Position numbers and translations under genes: made by a program | The notes under the pieces: generated by a model | Seen by the model: only the letters and a program-made list of their open reading frames with translations | Databases searched by the model: none | What the model was told of the DNA's origin: nothing | Shown here: positions 46,197 to 55,107 of the stretch, piece by piece | Position numbering within the stretch: position 1 is the stretch's first letter | Layout: each line of letters opens with the position of its first letter | NCBI GenBank assembly: GCA_041690355.1 | Contig: JAWLHK010000008.1 | Location: 71,374-135,373, forward strand | DNA: 64,000 bases | Direction: 5' to 3' | Source: a bacterium | GTDB lineage: Bacteria; J088; JAWLBW01

Positions 46197-47171
46197 TTAC
46201 CGGCGTCCGGCATCTGAGCCCCGGCGGCTCTCTGCCAGCTCTGCGATCCAGTCTGCGAAGACCGGGTAGTGCGCCTCGTGCAGAAAGTGCCCCATCCCCT
46301 CGATGATCTCCAGGCGCGCGTGGGCTATCGCAGCGGCCGTCGCCTTGCCCCCGGCCAGGGGAACCAGGGGATCGAGGTCGCCGTGGATCACGAGGGTCGG
46401 CGCCCGGACGCGCACGAGCAGCGGCTCGAAGTTGCCGGTCGCCATGATGGCCACCCCCTGCCGTTCGGCCCCCCGCGGGTGGAAACCGCGATCGTAGGCG
46501 CGTCCGGAGCGATCGGCGACCGCCTCTTCCGGAAATGGAAAGCCGCGCCCGTGGATGGCGCGGTAGACCCCCACCGTCTGGCGGATGTAGGCCTCGCGCC
46601 CCGGGCGCCCGCGCCGACCGAGCAGGCCGACGCGGGCCATGACGTCGAGGCGCGGCAGCGGCAGACTGGGGTGGAGCGTCGACGACATGATTGAGGTCAG
46701 GCTCAACGTGCGCTCGCGGTACAGTGCCGCAAAGAGCTGGGCAATCATGCCCCCCATCGAGGCCCCCACGATGTGCGCGGCGGAAATCTGCAGGCGCTCG
46801 AGAAGGCCGGCCGTGTCTTCGACCATGTCAATCAGGGTGTACGGCGCGCGCACCCGGCGTCGGGCGAGCGCTTTTACGTACGCGCGCGGGAGCGGATCGT
46901 AGTCGCGGACGTGGAGCCGCGTCGAAAGCCCGATGTCACGGTTGTCGAACCGGATAACCCGGAAGCCGCGATCGACCAGGGCGGCCACGAACTCGTCGGG
47001 CCAGTAGACCAGCTGCGCCGCGAGCCCCATGACCAGCAGCGCAACCGGGGCTCGGCGCGGACCGTGATCTTCATAGTAAAGTCGAAGGCCATTCGTGTCT
47101 GCGAATCCGGTGCGCATGCCGTCGGACCGCATACCGCGCGTGGCCGCCGAGACAGCGCTCTTTCGCCCCAT
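46197..47171 (-). CDS. Alpha/beta hydrolase (esterase)
   Basis: LVMGLAAQL, FDNRDIGLS, GASMGG, HGDLDPL, GMGH. Alternative start at 47117. Confidence 0.88.
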   Translation of the reverse strand: MGRKSAVSAATRGMRSDGMRTGFADTNGLRLYYEDHGPRRAPVALLVMGLAAQLVYWPDEFVAALVDRGFRVIRFDNRDIGLSTRLHVRDYDPLPRAYVKALARRRVRAPYTLIDMVEDTAGLLERLQISAAHIVGASMGGMIAQLFAALYRERTLSLTSIMSSTLHPSLPLPRLDVMARVGLLGRRGRPGREAYIRQTVGVYRAIHGRGFPFPEEAVADRSGRAYDRGFHPRGAERQGVAIMATGNFEPLLVRVRAPTLVIHGDLDPLVPLAGGKATAAAIAHARLEIIEGMGHFLHEAHYPVFADWIAELAESRRGSDAGRR

Positions 47172-47315
47172 ACTGCCATCGTAGCAGGGGCCACCGCGTC
47201 TCCGGCGTTTCACCCGCCGGGGTGCGGGAGAGGATTGACGGCGAGGGGAGGCACGCCTCGCCCGGGAGGGAAGAGGGGCCGCTTGCATTCCGCCCGGTCA
47301 CCGACTAGAATTATT

Positions 47316-47337
47316 GTTGATTGACAAATCAATCAAC
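47316..47337. promoter_or_regulatory. Perfect palindromic operator overlapping a TTGACA hexamer
   Basis: GTTGATTGA-caaa-TCAATCAAC, 11 bp upstream of the carboxylase start. Confidence 0.7.
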
Positions 47338-47348
47338 CGGGTGTAAGC

Positions 47349-49367
47349 ATGGCATTTTCGAAGATTCTCATTGCGAACCGGGGTGAAATCGCCCTGCGCG
47401 TGATCCGCTCGGCGCGGCGTCTCGGCTACCGCACGGTGGCTGTCTACTCCGAAGCCGACGCAAAGGCCCTGCACGTGCAGGCGGCTGATGAAGCGGTCTG
47501 CATCGGGCCGGCCCCCGTCGGCGAATCCTATCTCAAGGTCGACGCCATTCTCGCCGCCGCGAAAGCGACCGGGGCCGATGCCGTTCACCCGGGCTACGGT
47601 TTCCTGTCCGAGAACGAAGGGTTCGCCGCCGCCTGTGCCGCCGCGGGAATTACCTTCATCGGACCGGACGCCGCCGCCATTGAATTGATGGGCAACAAGC
47701 GGGCTGCCAAGCTCGCCGTCATGAAGTATGACGTGCCCGTCGTGCCGGGCTACCAGGGGGCCGATCAGAGCGACGAGGTGCTGCTCACCGAAGCCAGGAA
47801 GATCGGCGTGCCGATCATGGTCAAGGCGGCTGCCGGCGGCGGCGGTCGCGGCATGCGCCTCGTGCAGGACGAAGCCGATCTTTCCGCGGCCATCCAGTCG
47901 GCGCGCTCCGAGGCGACCAACGCCTTCGGCAGCGGCGAGCTGATTCTCGAAAAGGCGGTCATGAACGGCCGCCACGTCGAGATCCAGATTTTCGGCGACC
48001 GTCACGGCAACGTCATCCACCTAGGCGAACGCGACTGCTCGGTGCAGCGCCGCCACCAGAAGATTGTCGAAGAGAGCCCATCGCCGGCCGTCGATGAGGC
48101 GCTGCGCGCGAAGATGGGCGCGGCTGCCGTGAACGCCGGCAGAAGCTGCAATTACGTCGGCGCCGGCACGGTGGAGTTCATTCTGGGTGACAACGGCGAG
48201 TTCTATTTCCTCGAAATGAATACGCGTCTCCAGGTCGAACACCCGGTCACCGAGATGGTCACCGGGCTCGATCTCGTCGAGTGGCAGTTGCGCGTCGCGC
48301 GCGGCGAACCGCTTCCGCTCACGCAGGAGCAGGTCCGTTTCAGCGGGCACGCCATCGAAGTGCGCCTCTATGCGGAAGATCCGGCCCAGAACTTTCTCCC
48401 GCAGACCGGCCGCGTCCTGCGCTGGAGCCTTCCCTCCGACGCCGATACGCGTAACGATCACTGTGTCTACGAAGGGCTCGACATCAGCCCGCACTACGAT
48501 CCGATGCTCGCCAAGGTGATCGTCCACGGCACGACGCGCGAAGACGCCCGGCGCAAGCTGGTTGCCGCGCTCGAGCGCACGACGCTTCTCGGCCTGAACA
48601 CGAACAACCGCTATCTGATCGACGTGCTCGACCACCCGGTGTTCGCGGCGGGCAAGGCCACGACCGCTTTCATCGGCGAGCACATGGGCGACGTCAAGCC
48701 GACCGAGCCGTCTGCGCTTGCGTGGGGCCTGGCCGCCCTGGTGCGCTATCTGGCCGCGGGCCGCCAGGTGGCCGTCGCGCCCGGCTTCATCGGCTGGCGC
48801 ACGGCCCGCCCGGTTCCCGCCTGGTTCCGCCTCGAGGCGGGCGAGAAGCGGCATTTCGTGGAAGTGAACGCCGAAGGACAGGGCCGGTTCGGTGCCCGCT
48901 ACGCCATCGGCATCCGTGGGCTGAAGGGCCAGTTCCCCGAAGGTGATCCCGAGACCGTTTCTGTCGAAATCACGGCGGCGGGCGAGCGCGATCTCGCCTT
49001 TCTCGTCGACGGCGTCCGCCGCCAGGTCGCCTTCGCGGTCGACGGCAACGCGGTCTATCTCGACATCGATCACGGCAACCGCGTCATCCGCGACGTCACG
49101 TCTGAACCCACACAGAAGGCCGGGGCGGCCGGGTCGGGCATCATCAAGGCGCCGATGGACGGCAAGGTCGTCAAAGTCGCCGCCGCTGAAGGGCAGGCGG
49201 TGCGCAAGGGCGAACTGCTCGGCGTCATCGAGGCGATGAAGATGGAGCATGCCATCAAGGCCGACGTCGACGGCGTCGTCCAGGCGATCAAGATGCAGAC
49301 GGGGCAGCAGGTGAAGGTCCGCCAGGTGCTGGTCGAGATCTCGCCGGCGGTCCCGGTCGAGCAGTAA
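47349..49367 (+). CDS. Acyl-CoA carboxylase alpha subunit (BC-BCCP), geranyl-CoA carboxylase AtuF-like
   Basis: ILIANRGEIA, HPGYGFLSEN, ERDCSVQRRHQK, EMNTRLQVEHPVTE, biotin site EAMKME. Confidence 0.93.
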   Translation: MAFSKILIANRGEIALRVIRSARRLGYRTVAVYSEADAKALHVQAADEAVCIGPAPVGESYLKVDAILAAAKATGADAVHPGYGFLSENEGFAAACAAAGITFIGPDAAAIELMGNKRAAKLAVMKYDVPVVPGYQGADQSDEVLLTEARKIGVPIMVKAAAGGGGRGMRLVQDEADLSAAIQSARSEATNAFGSGELILEKAVMNGRHVEIQIFGDRHGNVIHLGERDCSVQRRHQKIVEESPSPAVDEALRAKMGAAAVNAGRSCNYVGAGTVEFILGDNGEFYFLEMNTRLQVEHPVTEMVTGLDLVEWQLRVARGEPLPLTQEQVRFSGHAIEVRLYAEDPAQNFLPQTGRVLRWSLPSDADTRNDHCVYEGLDISPHYDPMLAKVIVHGTTREDARRKLVAALERTTLLGLNTNNRYLIDVLDHPVFAAGKATTAFIGEHMGDVKPTEPSALAWGLAALVRYLAAGRQVAVAPGFIGWRTARPVPAWFRLEAGEKRHFVEVNAEGQGRFGARYAIGIRGLKGQFPEGDPETVSVEITAAGERDLAFLVDGVRRQVAFAVDGNAVYLDIDHGNRVIRDVTSEPTQKAGAAGSGIIKAPMDGKVVKVAAAEGQAVRKGELLGVIEAMKMEHAIKADVDGVVQAIKMQTGQQVKVRQVLVEISPAVPVEQ

Positions 49368-49402
49368 CTGGCCTGAGCAGCCTCTCGAGAGGAACGGAAA
49401 TC

Positions 49403-51043
49403 ATGGTTACCCTGCAAAGCGAACTCGACATTCTCGATTCCGAATTCAAGGCCAACGCCGATTCCATGCTGGAGTCGCTCCAGAAGGTGCGTGACGTCGA
49501 ACAGAAGCAGATGCAGACCGAGCAGAAGCATCTCGACCAGGCACGCAAGAAGGGAAAGCTTCTCCCCCGCGAACGGCTTTCGCTGCTGCTCGATCCCGGA
49601 AGCCCCTTCGTCGAAATCGGGTCCATCGCCGGCTACGGCATGTACGACGACTCCGACGGAAGCTACTCGGGGGGCAGTCTGATCACCGGCATCGGCTACG
49701 TGAGCGGGCGCCGTGTCATCGTCGTGATCTGGAACTACGCCATCAAGGGCGGAACGATTACGCCGGTCAACGTGCGCAAGATGCTTCGCGTCCAGGAAAT
49801 CGCTTTCCAGACGAAGCTGCCGATTGTCTCGTGCCACGAAAGCGGCGGGGGAAATCTCGACTCGGCGGCCGCGGCCTCCGATCCGTGGATCCCGGCGCTC
49901 TTCACCGACGGCGGGCGCATCTATGGCCAGCAGGCCGAACTCTCGGCTCGCGGCATACCGCAGATCACGATCGCCCACGGAAACGCGACGGCCGGCGGCG
50001 CCTACCAGGTCGCGCTTTCCGATTACATCATTCTCGTGCGCAACCAGACGCAGCTTTTTCTTGCCGGACCGCCGCTGCTCAAGGCCGGCACGGGCGAAGA
50101 CGCCACGGCAGAGGAACTGGGTGGCGCCGAGATGCACGCGACCATGTCGGGCACCGGCGAATTTCTCGCCGAGGACGACGCCGACGCCATCCGCATCGCG
50201 CGTGAAGTCGTGGCGCGACTTCCCCGCGACCCGAAGATCGAGCGGGAACCGATCCGCGAGCCGCTCTTTGATCCGAATGAGCTGCTCGGCATCTACCCGG
50301 CGGATCGCCGCAAACCCGTGCGCGCGCAGGAGATCATTGCACGCCTCGTCGACGGCTCTGAATTTCTCGAGTTCGAAACCGAGATCGATCCGGGCACCGT
50401 CTGCGGACAGGCGTGGCTCTACGGCCGCAAGGTCGGCATCCTTTCCAACAACGGGCCGATTACGCCCGCCGGCGCGAACAAAGCGGCCAAGTTCATCCAG
50501 CTCTGCGATCAGGCCCTGATTCCGCTTATCTTCCTGCAGAACACGACGGGTTTCCTCGTCGGAACCGACGTGGAACGGCGCGGGCAGGTCAAGCACAGCG
50601 CAAAGCTCATCCAGGCGGTCGCCAACACGCGCATGCCCAAGCTCACGATCCTCGTGGGGAACGCCTACGGGGCGGGGAACTATGCGATGGCGAGCCGCGC
50701 GCTGAAGCCGCAGTTCGTGTTCGCATGGCCCACCGCGCGCCAGGCCCTCATGGGGGGCGCGCAGGCGGCCAAGGTCATGCGCATCGTGAACGAGGGCAAG
50801 TGGGCCAAGAAGCGCATCGAGCCGACGCCGGAGATGATCCAGAACCTCGAGCAGATGGGGCAGATGATTGAGTTCGGCCTCGAGATGATTTCCGAAGCCA
50901 TGTCATGCAGCGCGCGCCTCATGGACGACGGCATCATCGACCCCCGCGACACGCGGCGCCTCCTCGGCTTCCTGCTCGACACGGCCATGGAGGCGCGGGA
51001 ACGCACGCCGGTGACGACCAGCCACGGGGTGCAGCGGCTCTGA
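49403..51043 (+). CDS. Acyl-CoA carboxylase beta subunit, geranyl-CoA carboxylase AtuC-like
   Basis: LLPRERLSLLLDPGSPF, AGYGMYDDSDGS, HGNATAGGAY, LAGPPLLK, NTTGF, YGAGNYAM. Confidence 0.9.
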   Translation: MVTLQSELDILDSEFKANADSMLESLQKVRDVEQKQMQTEQKHLDQARKKGKLLPRERLSLLLDPGSPFVEIGSIAGYGMYDDSDGSYSGGSLITGIGYVSGRRVIVVIWNYAIKGGTITPVNVRKMLRVQEIAFQTKLPIVSCHESGGGNLDSAAAASDPWIPALFTDGGRIYGQQAELSARGIPQITIAHGNATAGGAYQVALSDYIILVRNQTQLFLAGPPLLKAGTGEDATAEELGGAEMHATMSGTGEFLAEDDADAIRIAREVVARLPRDPKIEREPIREPLFDPNELLGIYPADRRKPVRAQEIIARLVDGSEFLEFETEIDPGTVCGQAWLYGRKVGILSNNGPITPAGANKAAKFIQLCDQALIPLIFLQNTTGFLVGTDVERRGQVKHSAKLIQAVANTRMPKLTILVGNAYGAGNYAMASRALKPQFVFAWPTARQALMGGAQAAKVMRIVNEGKWAKKRIEPTPEMIQNLEQMGQMIEFGLEMISEAMSCSARLMDDGIIDPRDTRRLLGFLLDTAMEARERTPVTTSHGVQRL

Positions 51044-51163
51044 GCAGGGAGTCTCGAGTCAAGAGTCCGGAGTCAAGTGATCGGAGTCGAGCGTCCACGT
51101 GGCGGGCAGGGGGAAAAGCGCATTCCTGGCTGGCTTGGCTCGCGGGTGATCTAGACTGCTTCC

Positions 51164-51961
51164 ATGACGCGAACGGCGCGCAGGTTTCTGGCGGAGCTGC
51201 CTTCCTACGGACTCGCCCGGCCGGAGGCGCCGCTGGCCCCGGTGACGGACAGCGATCTCGTGGATCTGCCGCCGCCTGCACAGCGATATCTACGCTTCAT
51301 GGACGTCGTGGGGCGTCCGCGGGACTGGTCGTTCCGGCTTTCGATGCGCGGCCGTTTCCGACTGAAACCCACGCAGCGGTGGACCGACGCCGAGATGCAC
51401 CAGTACAATTCGCGTCTCGACGTGGCGCGCATCTTCCACATCCGCATCCGGGTCGGCCTTCTGCCCGTCGTCGGCCGCGACACGTACGCGCACGGTAAAG
51501 GGCGCATGCTGGTGCGGCTTCTCGATCGGGTGACCGTGCAGGACGCGCAGGGGCCGCAGTTCGACCTCGGCGAGCTCGTCACCTTTCTCAACGATGCCGT
51601 TCTGATCGCTCCCTCGTTTCTGCTCTGGCCCGACGTGACCTGGACGCCGGTGAACGAGCGATCCTTCGATCTCGAGCTCGGCGTGCCGGAGCGTACCGTG
51701 CAGGCGCGCGTGCTCGTGGACGCGGGCGGGGCACCCGAGAATTTCATCGCGACGGATCGCTTCGGGGTCGACCCGCAGGATCCGAAGGCCGGCCCGGTGC
51801 AGGCCCAATGGTCGACCCCGGTCGAAGGCTGGACGCGTCTGGGCGACCGTCCGTTTCCGCTGCGCGGCCATGCGACCTGGCACTTCCCGGGCGGCGACTT
51901 CACCTACGCGGCGATCTCTGCCGAAGGCGCCGACCTGGCGTTCAACGTGCCGCCCGGGTAG
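51164..51961 (+). CDS. Conserved hypothetical protein (DUF6544-like)
   Basis: DLPPPAQRYL, GRFRL...W....QYN, D.Y..GKG.M, WTPV, C-terminal W..P.G...Y pattern. Confidence 0.7.
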   Translation: MTRTARRFLAELPSYGLARPEAPLAPVTDSDLVDLPPPAQRYLRFMDVVGRPRDWSFRLSMRGRFRLKPTQRWTDAEMHQYNSRLDVARIFHIRIRVGLLPVVGRDTYAHGKGRMLVRLLDRVTVQDAQGPQFDLGELVTFLNDAVLIAPSFLLWPDVTWTPVNERSFDLELGVPERTVQARVLVDAGGAPENFIATDRFGVDPQDPKAGPVQAQWSTPVEGWTRLGDRPFPLRGHATWHFPGGDFTYAAISAEGADLAFNVPPG

Positions 51962-52221
51962 AAGGGGACTTCTGTGTATAGGATGACCCCTGGGGGCAGC
52001 GGATATGTCCCACCCACTTCCCCCGTCCCCTTCTCCCTCCATACGCAGTCCGCCGGGCGAACCGGTTGGAGGGAGAAGGGGCGATTTCGACAGAAATAAT
52101 CAGTCCCCTCCGCCACCGTGCCGCGCGTGGCCCGCGTCTCTCCAATTCAGATATGGTGCACGTACTCGGGAGCGATCCGTCACGAAACAAGCATCCGGAA
52201 AAATAGCGGCAGTCCCCTGCA

Positions 52222-52254
52222 TGGACAAACGCTGTCCACCCATGGTGCTATTCT
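52222..52254 (+). promoter_or_regulatory. Putative promoter/operator upstream of the J-like/GrpE-like/Hsp70 operon
   Basis: TGGACA-aacgc-TGTCCA dyad (52222-52238) followed by an extended -10 TGcTATTCT (52246-52254). Confidence 0.4.
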
Positions 52255-52858
52255 GTTTTCACATGGCGTTGACGATTTTGACGCGCTGCATATTGCGCGG
52301 CGTTCAACAAAGCGCTATGGTGAGTGACATCGTGTCCGTCTTCGCCCGCTGAGCGGCCGCTTGGCAGGTGGGGACGGAAAATCGCACCCGCACTCATCAC
52401 CGTCCGTATCCCGAGACAGGGAGCGGAACTCCGGTGGGTGGTCTGGTTGGCGTGCTCAGGTAAACCCTGGGGCAGCGTACCGGACCGCCGTGATCCCCTC
52501 CGACACGAACGATCCGTGCGCCGCCTCCCGAACTCGCGGAGCACGAACATGTACCCGAAGTGTCCCTACCCGACCCGGCGGAAACGATTGCGCCCTGCTG
52601 CGCATTCGATCGCCGCTCTCCTTCGGACCATGACCTGGCCGGGCGATGAACCGCGCCCGCCCGAAACGTACGGAACCCCCGCGCCACCCTAGTCTGCAGG
52701 GGGAATCGCACGGCGATTCCTGAACGAGCCCGCCCTGCGGGTTCCCCGTAGTCACCCCACGCCACGACGGCGCACCCGCGCACGGCACTACCCGTGCGCC
52801 CGGGAACCGGAGGCGTGCGCCCGAAGTCCGCATGACCGCTTTCTGCTGGAGAGTCCTC

Positions 52859-54619
52859 ATGAGTGCACCCGCTTCACACGAAAGCCCCGCGCCTGCCGAT
52901 CGAAGTGCGGCGCTGCACGCGCTGTACCGTGAGAATGCCTTTCGCGTGCTCGGTCTTCCGGCCGACGCCGGCGCCGTCGACGCACGGCGGGCCGGTCGCA
53001 GACTGCTGTTGCGCGCGGCGCTCCACCCAGTTTCTTCGGACACGGATCACGAGCTGGGCCTCCCCGAACAGCCGATTACCCGCGACGAAATCGCCCGCGC
53101 CATGGATCGCATCGAACGGCAGCTCGATCGGATGGTCGATCGCCTTCTCTGGTTTTCGCCGATCGATGCCGCCTCCCGGCGCACGGCCGACGACTGGATC
53201 CGGCGGGGCGCCCGCAATCCTTCTCCGCCGCCGCTGGTGCATCTGCACCTGGCCCGGGTCTTCCTTGCCCGCGTGCTGGCCAGCGGTGAGCTGCTCGCCG
53301 CTCCGCTTGAAGACTGGCAGATCGCGCTCGAGCTGTGGCGACGGGCCCTGGAGGACGAGCGACTCGAGCCGCTCCTGCGTCAATGGGAAGAGAAGGGGGG
53401 ATTTGAGCGGCGCAGCGAGTACGACCTCGCCGCCGTGCGCGCAGAAACCTTCCGCAGAATTTCGTTCTCCCTCGTGAGTGTCATCGCCGACGAGATTGAG
53501 TGCGCGCCCGAAACTGCGCTCATCGAACGCTGGGCTTGCGTGGCGCCCGTGATTCCCCTCGAGCGGCGCGCGGCGACCGAGCGTGCCCTGCTGCGCAGCC
53601 TGGTCTTCGAACTCGAGACCACGCTTACGGAAATCGAAGGCCGCCTGCCGAAATCGTCCGAACTCGCGCACTCGGTCCTGATCAGCCTGGAGGAAGAATT
53701 CCGCACCCGGATTGAGCCGCGCCTTTCCCGGCTCATCGCGATTGGCGGAGCGCACGTGCCCTTCGGCAGGGATGTCCGCGATCGCTGCGCGAACATTCTC
53801 GCGCGCTTCGCCGAGTGGCGGCTCATCCAGCGGCACCTCGACCACGCCGAGAAACAGATTGCGGCCGCGCGGGCTCTCGCCGCGAGTATCCGGAGCGCAG
53901 AAGCCGTGCGCGCGCTGGCCGAACGCCTCGACGAGTACCGGAAAGACGCGCAGCGGCAGGAGGCCGAGGCGCAGAGGCGCGCGAAGTTGTGGGCAGCCGA
54001 ACGGGCCGCTGAACAACGGAGGAGAGAAGCGGAAGGGAAAGCGGAGGCGGAAGAGTTACGCCGCCGATCGGCCGGCTCCTCGAACAAAGGGACGCGTGAC
54101 GCCACGATCGGGCCTGAAGCAAACTCCCGATCCACTACTGCCCGCCCGACAACCGTGGCATCCACGGTGACACCGCGGTCGTCCTCGAACGGATCGACGA
54201 CCACCGATCTCCCCAACGTGCAGGCGATCGTGAACGCCGAACTTGCCGCGCGCGATCGGGAGCGCGCCGAGCAGGCGCAGCGGGAGAGGGAGCAGCAGAG
54301 CAAGAGCCCTGCGCAGAGACGAGAGGAAGAGGAGATCCGCCGCGAATGGGATCAACAGCGGAAGGCCCGCCGGCAAAAGCGCAAGGCGAACAAGGCGGCC
54401 ACGGCAGCCGCGCGGGAAGAACGCAAGCGTGCGGCCGCGAACCGCGCGGCCTCTCCTCCGACGCACGCCGTCGAGCCGGACGAATGCGTGCCGGCCGCGC
54501 CGGGCTCGAGTCCGAACGAGACGGACCCGGACGAAGTGCTTTTCCCGGCGGAGGATCTCGGCGTGTTGCTGATTGTCCTCATGACAATTTTCCTGTTTGT
54601 TCTTGGAGGTCTCCGATGA
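52859..54619 (+). CDS. Degenerate J-domain-like protein with helical body, coiled coils and a C-terminal TM anchor
   Basis: NAFRVLGLPADA...RRAGRRL...HPV...EIARAMDRI resembles J-domain helices with HPD changed to HPV; E/R/Q-rich coiled coils; terminal LGVLLIVLMTIFLFVLGG. Confidence 0.65.
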   Translation: MSAPASHESPAPADRSAALHALYRENAFRVLGLPADAGAVDARRAGRRLLLRAALHPVSSDTDHELGLPEQPITRDEIARAMDRIERQLDRMVDRLLWFSPIDAASRRTADDWIRRGARNPSPPPLVHLHLARVFLARVLASGELLAAPLEDWQIALELWRRALEDERLEPLLRQWEEKGGFERRSEYDLAAVRAETFRRISFSLVSVIADEIECAPETALIERWACVAPVIPLERRAATERALLRSLVFELETTLTEIEGRLPKSSELAHSVLISLEEEFRTRIEPRLSRLIAIGGAHVPFGRDVRDRCANILARFAEWRLIQRHLDHAEKQIAAARALAASIRSAEAVRALAERLDEYRKDAQRQEAEAQRRAKLWAAERAAEQRRREAEGKAEAEELRRRSAGSSNKGTRDATIGPEANSRSTTARPTTVASTVTPRSSSNGSTTTDLPNVQAIVNAELAARDRERAEQAQREREQQSKSPAQRREEEEIRREWDQQRKARRQKRKANKAATAAAREERKRAAANRAASPPTHAVEPDECVPAAPGSSPNETDPDEVLFPAEDLGVLLIVLMTIFLFVLGGLR

Positions 54620-55077
54620 CTGTGCAAGCCCAGACTCTCGCCACGTTCGCCGTCGAAGCCTTCCGTCTGCAGCGCACGCTGCCGCGGCTCGAGGGCCATG
54701 CCGCGGCCGCGTCCATCCGGTATGCCGTCCGCAGGATGATCGAATCGCTCGCCCTTGCGGGGGTCGAGCTGCACGATCTCACCGGCCAACCCTGGGACGC
54801 GGGGCTCGCCGTCGACGTGCTCGACCTTGAAACCGATACATCCCTCGCGCCCGGAGCGACGAGCATCCGGTCCATGACTCGCCCCCTGGTCCTCGCGAGC
54901 GGAAACGTCATCGTGCGCGGCGAGGTCCTCGTCGCGCGCGGCCCCGAACCTGCCCGGCCGGCCCCTTGCGCCGTATTCAAGCGGCGGCCCCGGCGCACCA
55001 ACCGGCGCGCGCGCAAGCCGAAGCGCGTGCGTTCTCTCGTCCACCACGGCGTCCCGAAGCAGAAGAACCTTCTCTAG
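54616..55077 (+). CDS. GrpE-like protein
   Basis: LALAGVELHDLTGQPWDAG...I....RP.V...G.VI.RGEVLV resembles the GrpE beta domain; ATGA-coupled to the upstream gene; RBS GGAGG. Confidence 0.65.
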   Translation: MTVQAQTLATFAVEAFRLQRTLPRLEGHAAAASIRYAVRRMIESLALAGVELHDLTGQPWDAGLAVDVLDLETDTSLAPGATSIRSMTRPLVLASGNVIVRGEVLVARGPEPARPAPCAVFKRRPRRTNRRARKPKRVRSLVHHGVPKQKNLL

Positions 55078-55107
55078 AACCGATCCGTAACCGAAGAAGA
55101 GGAAACC

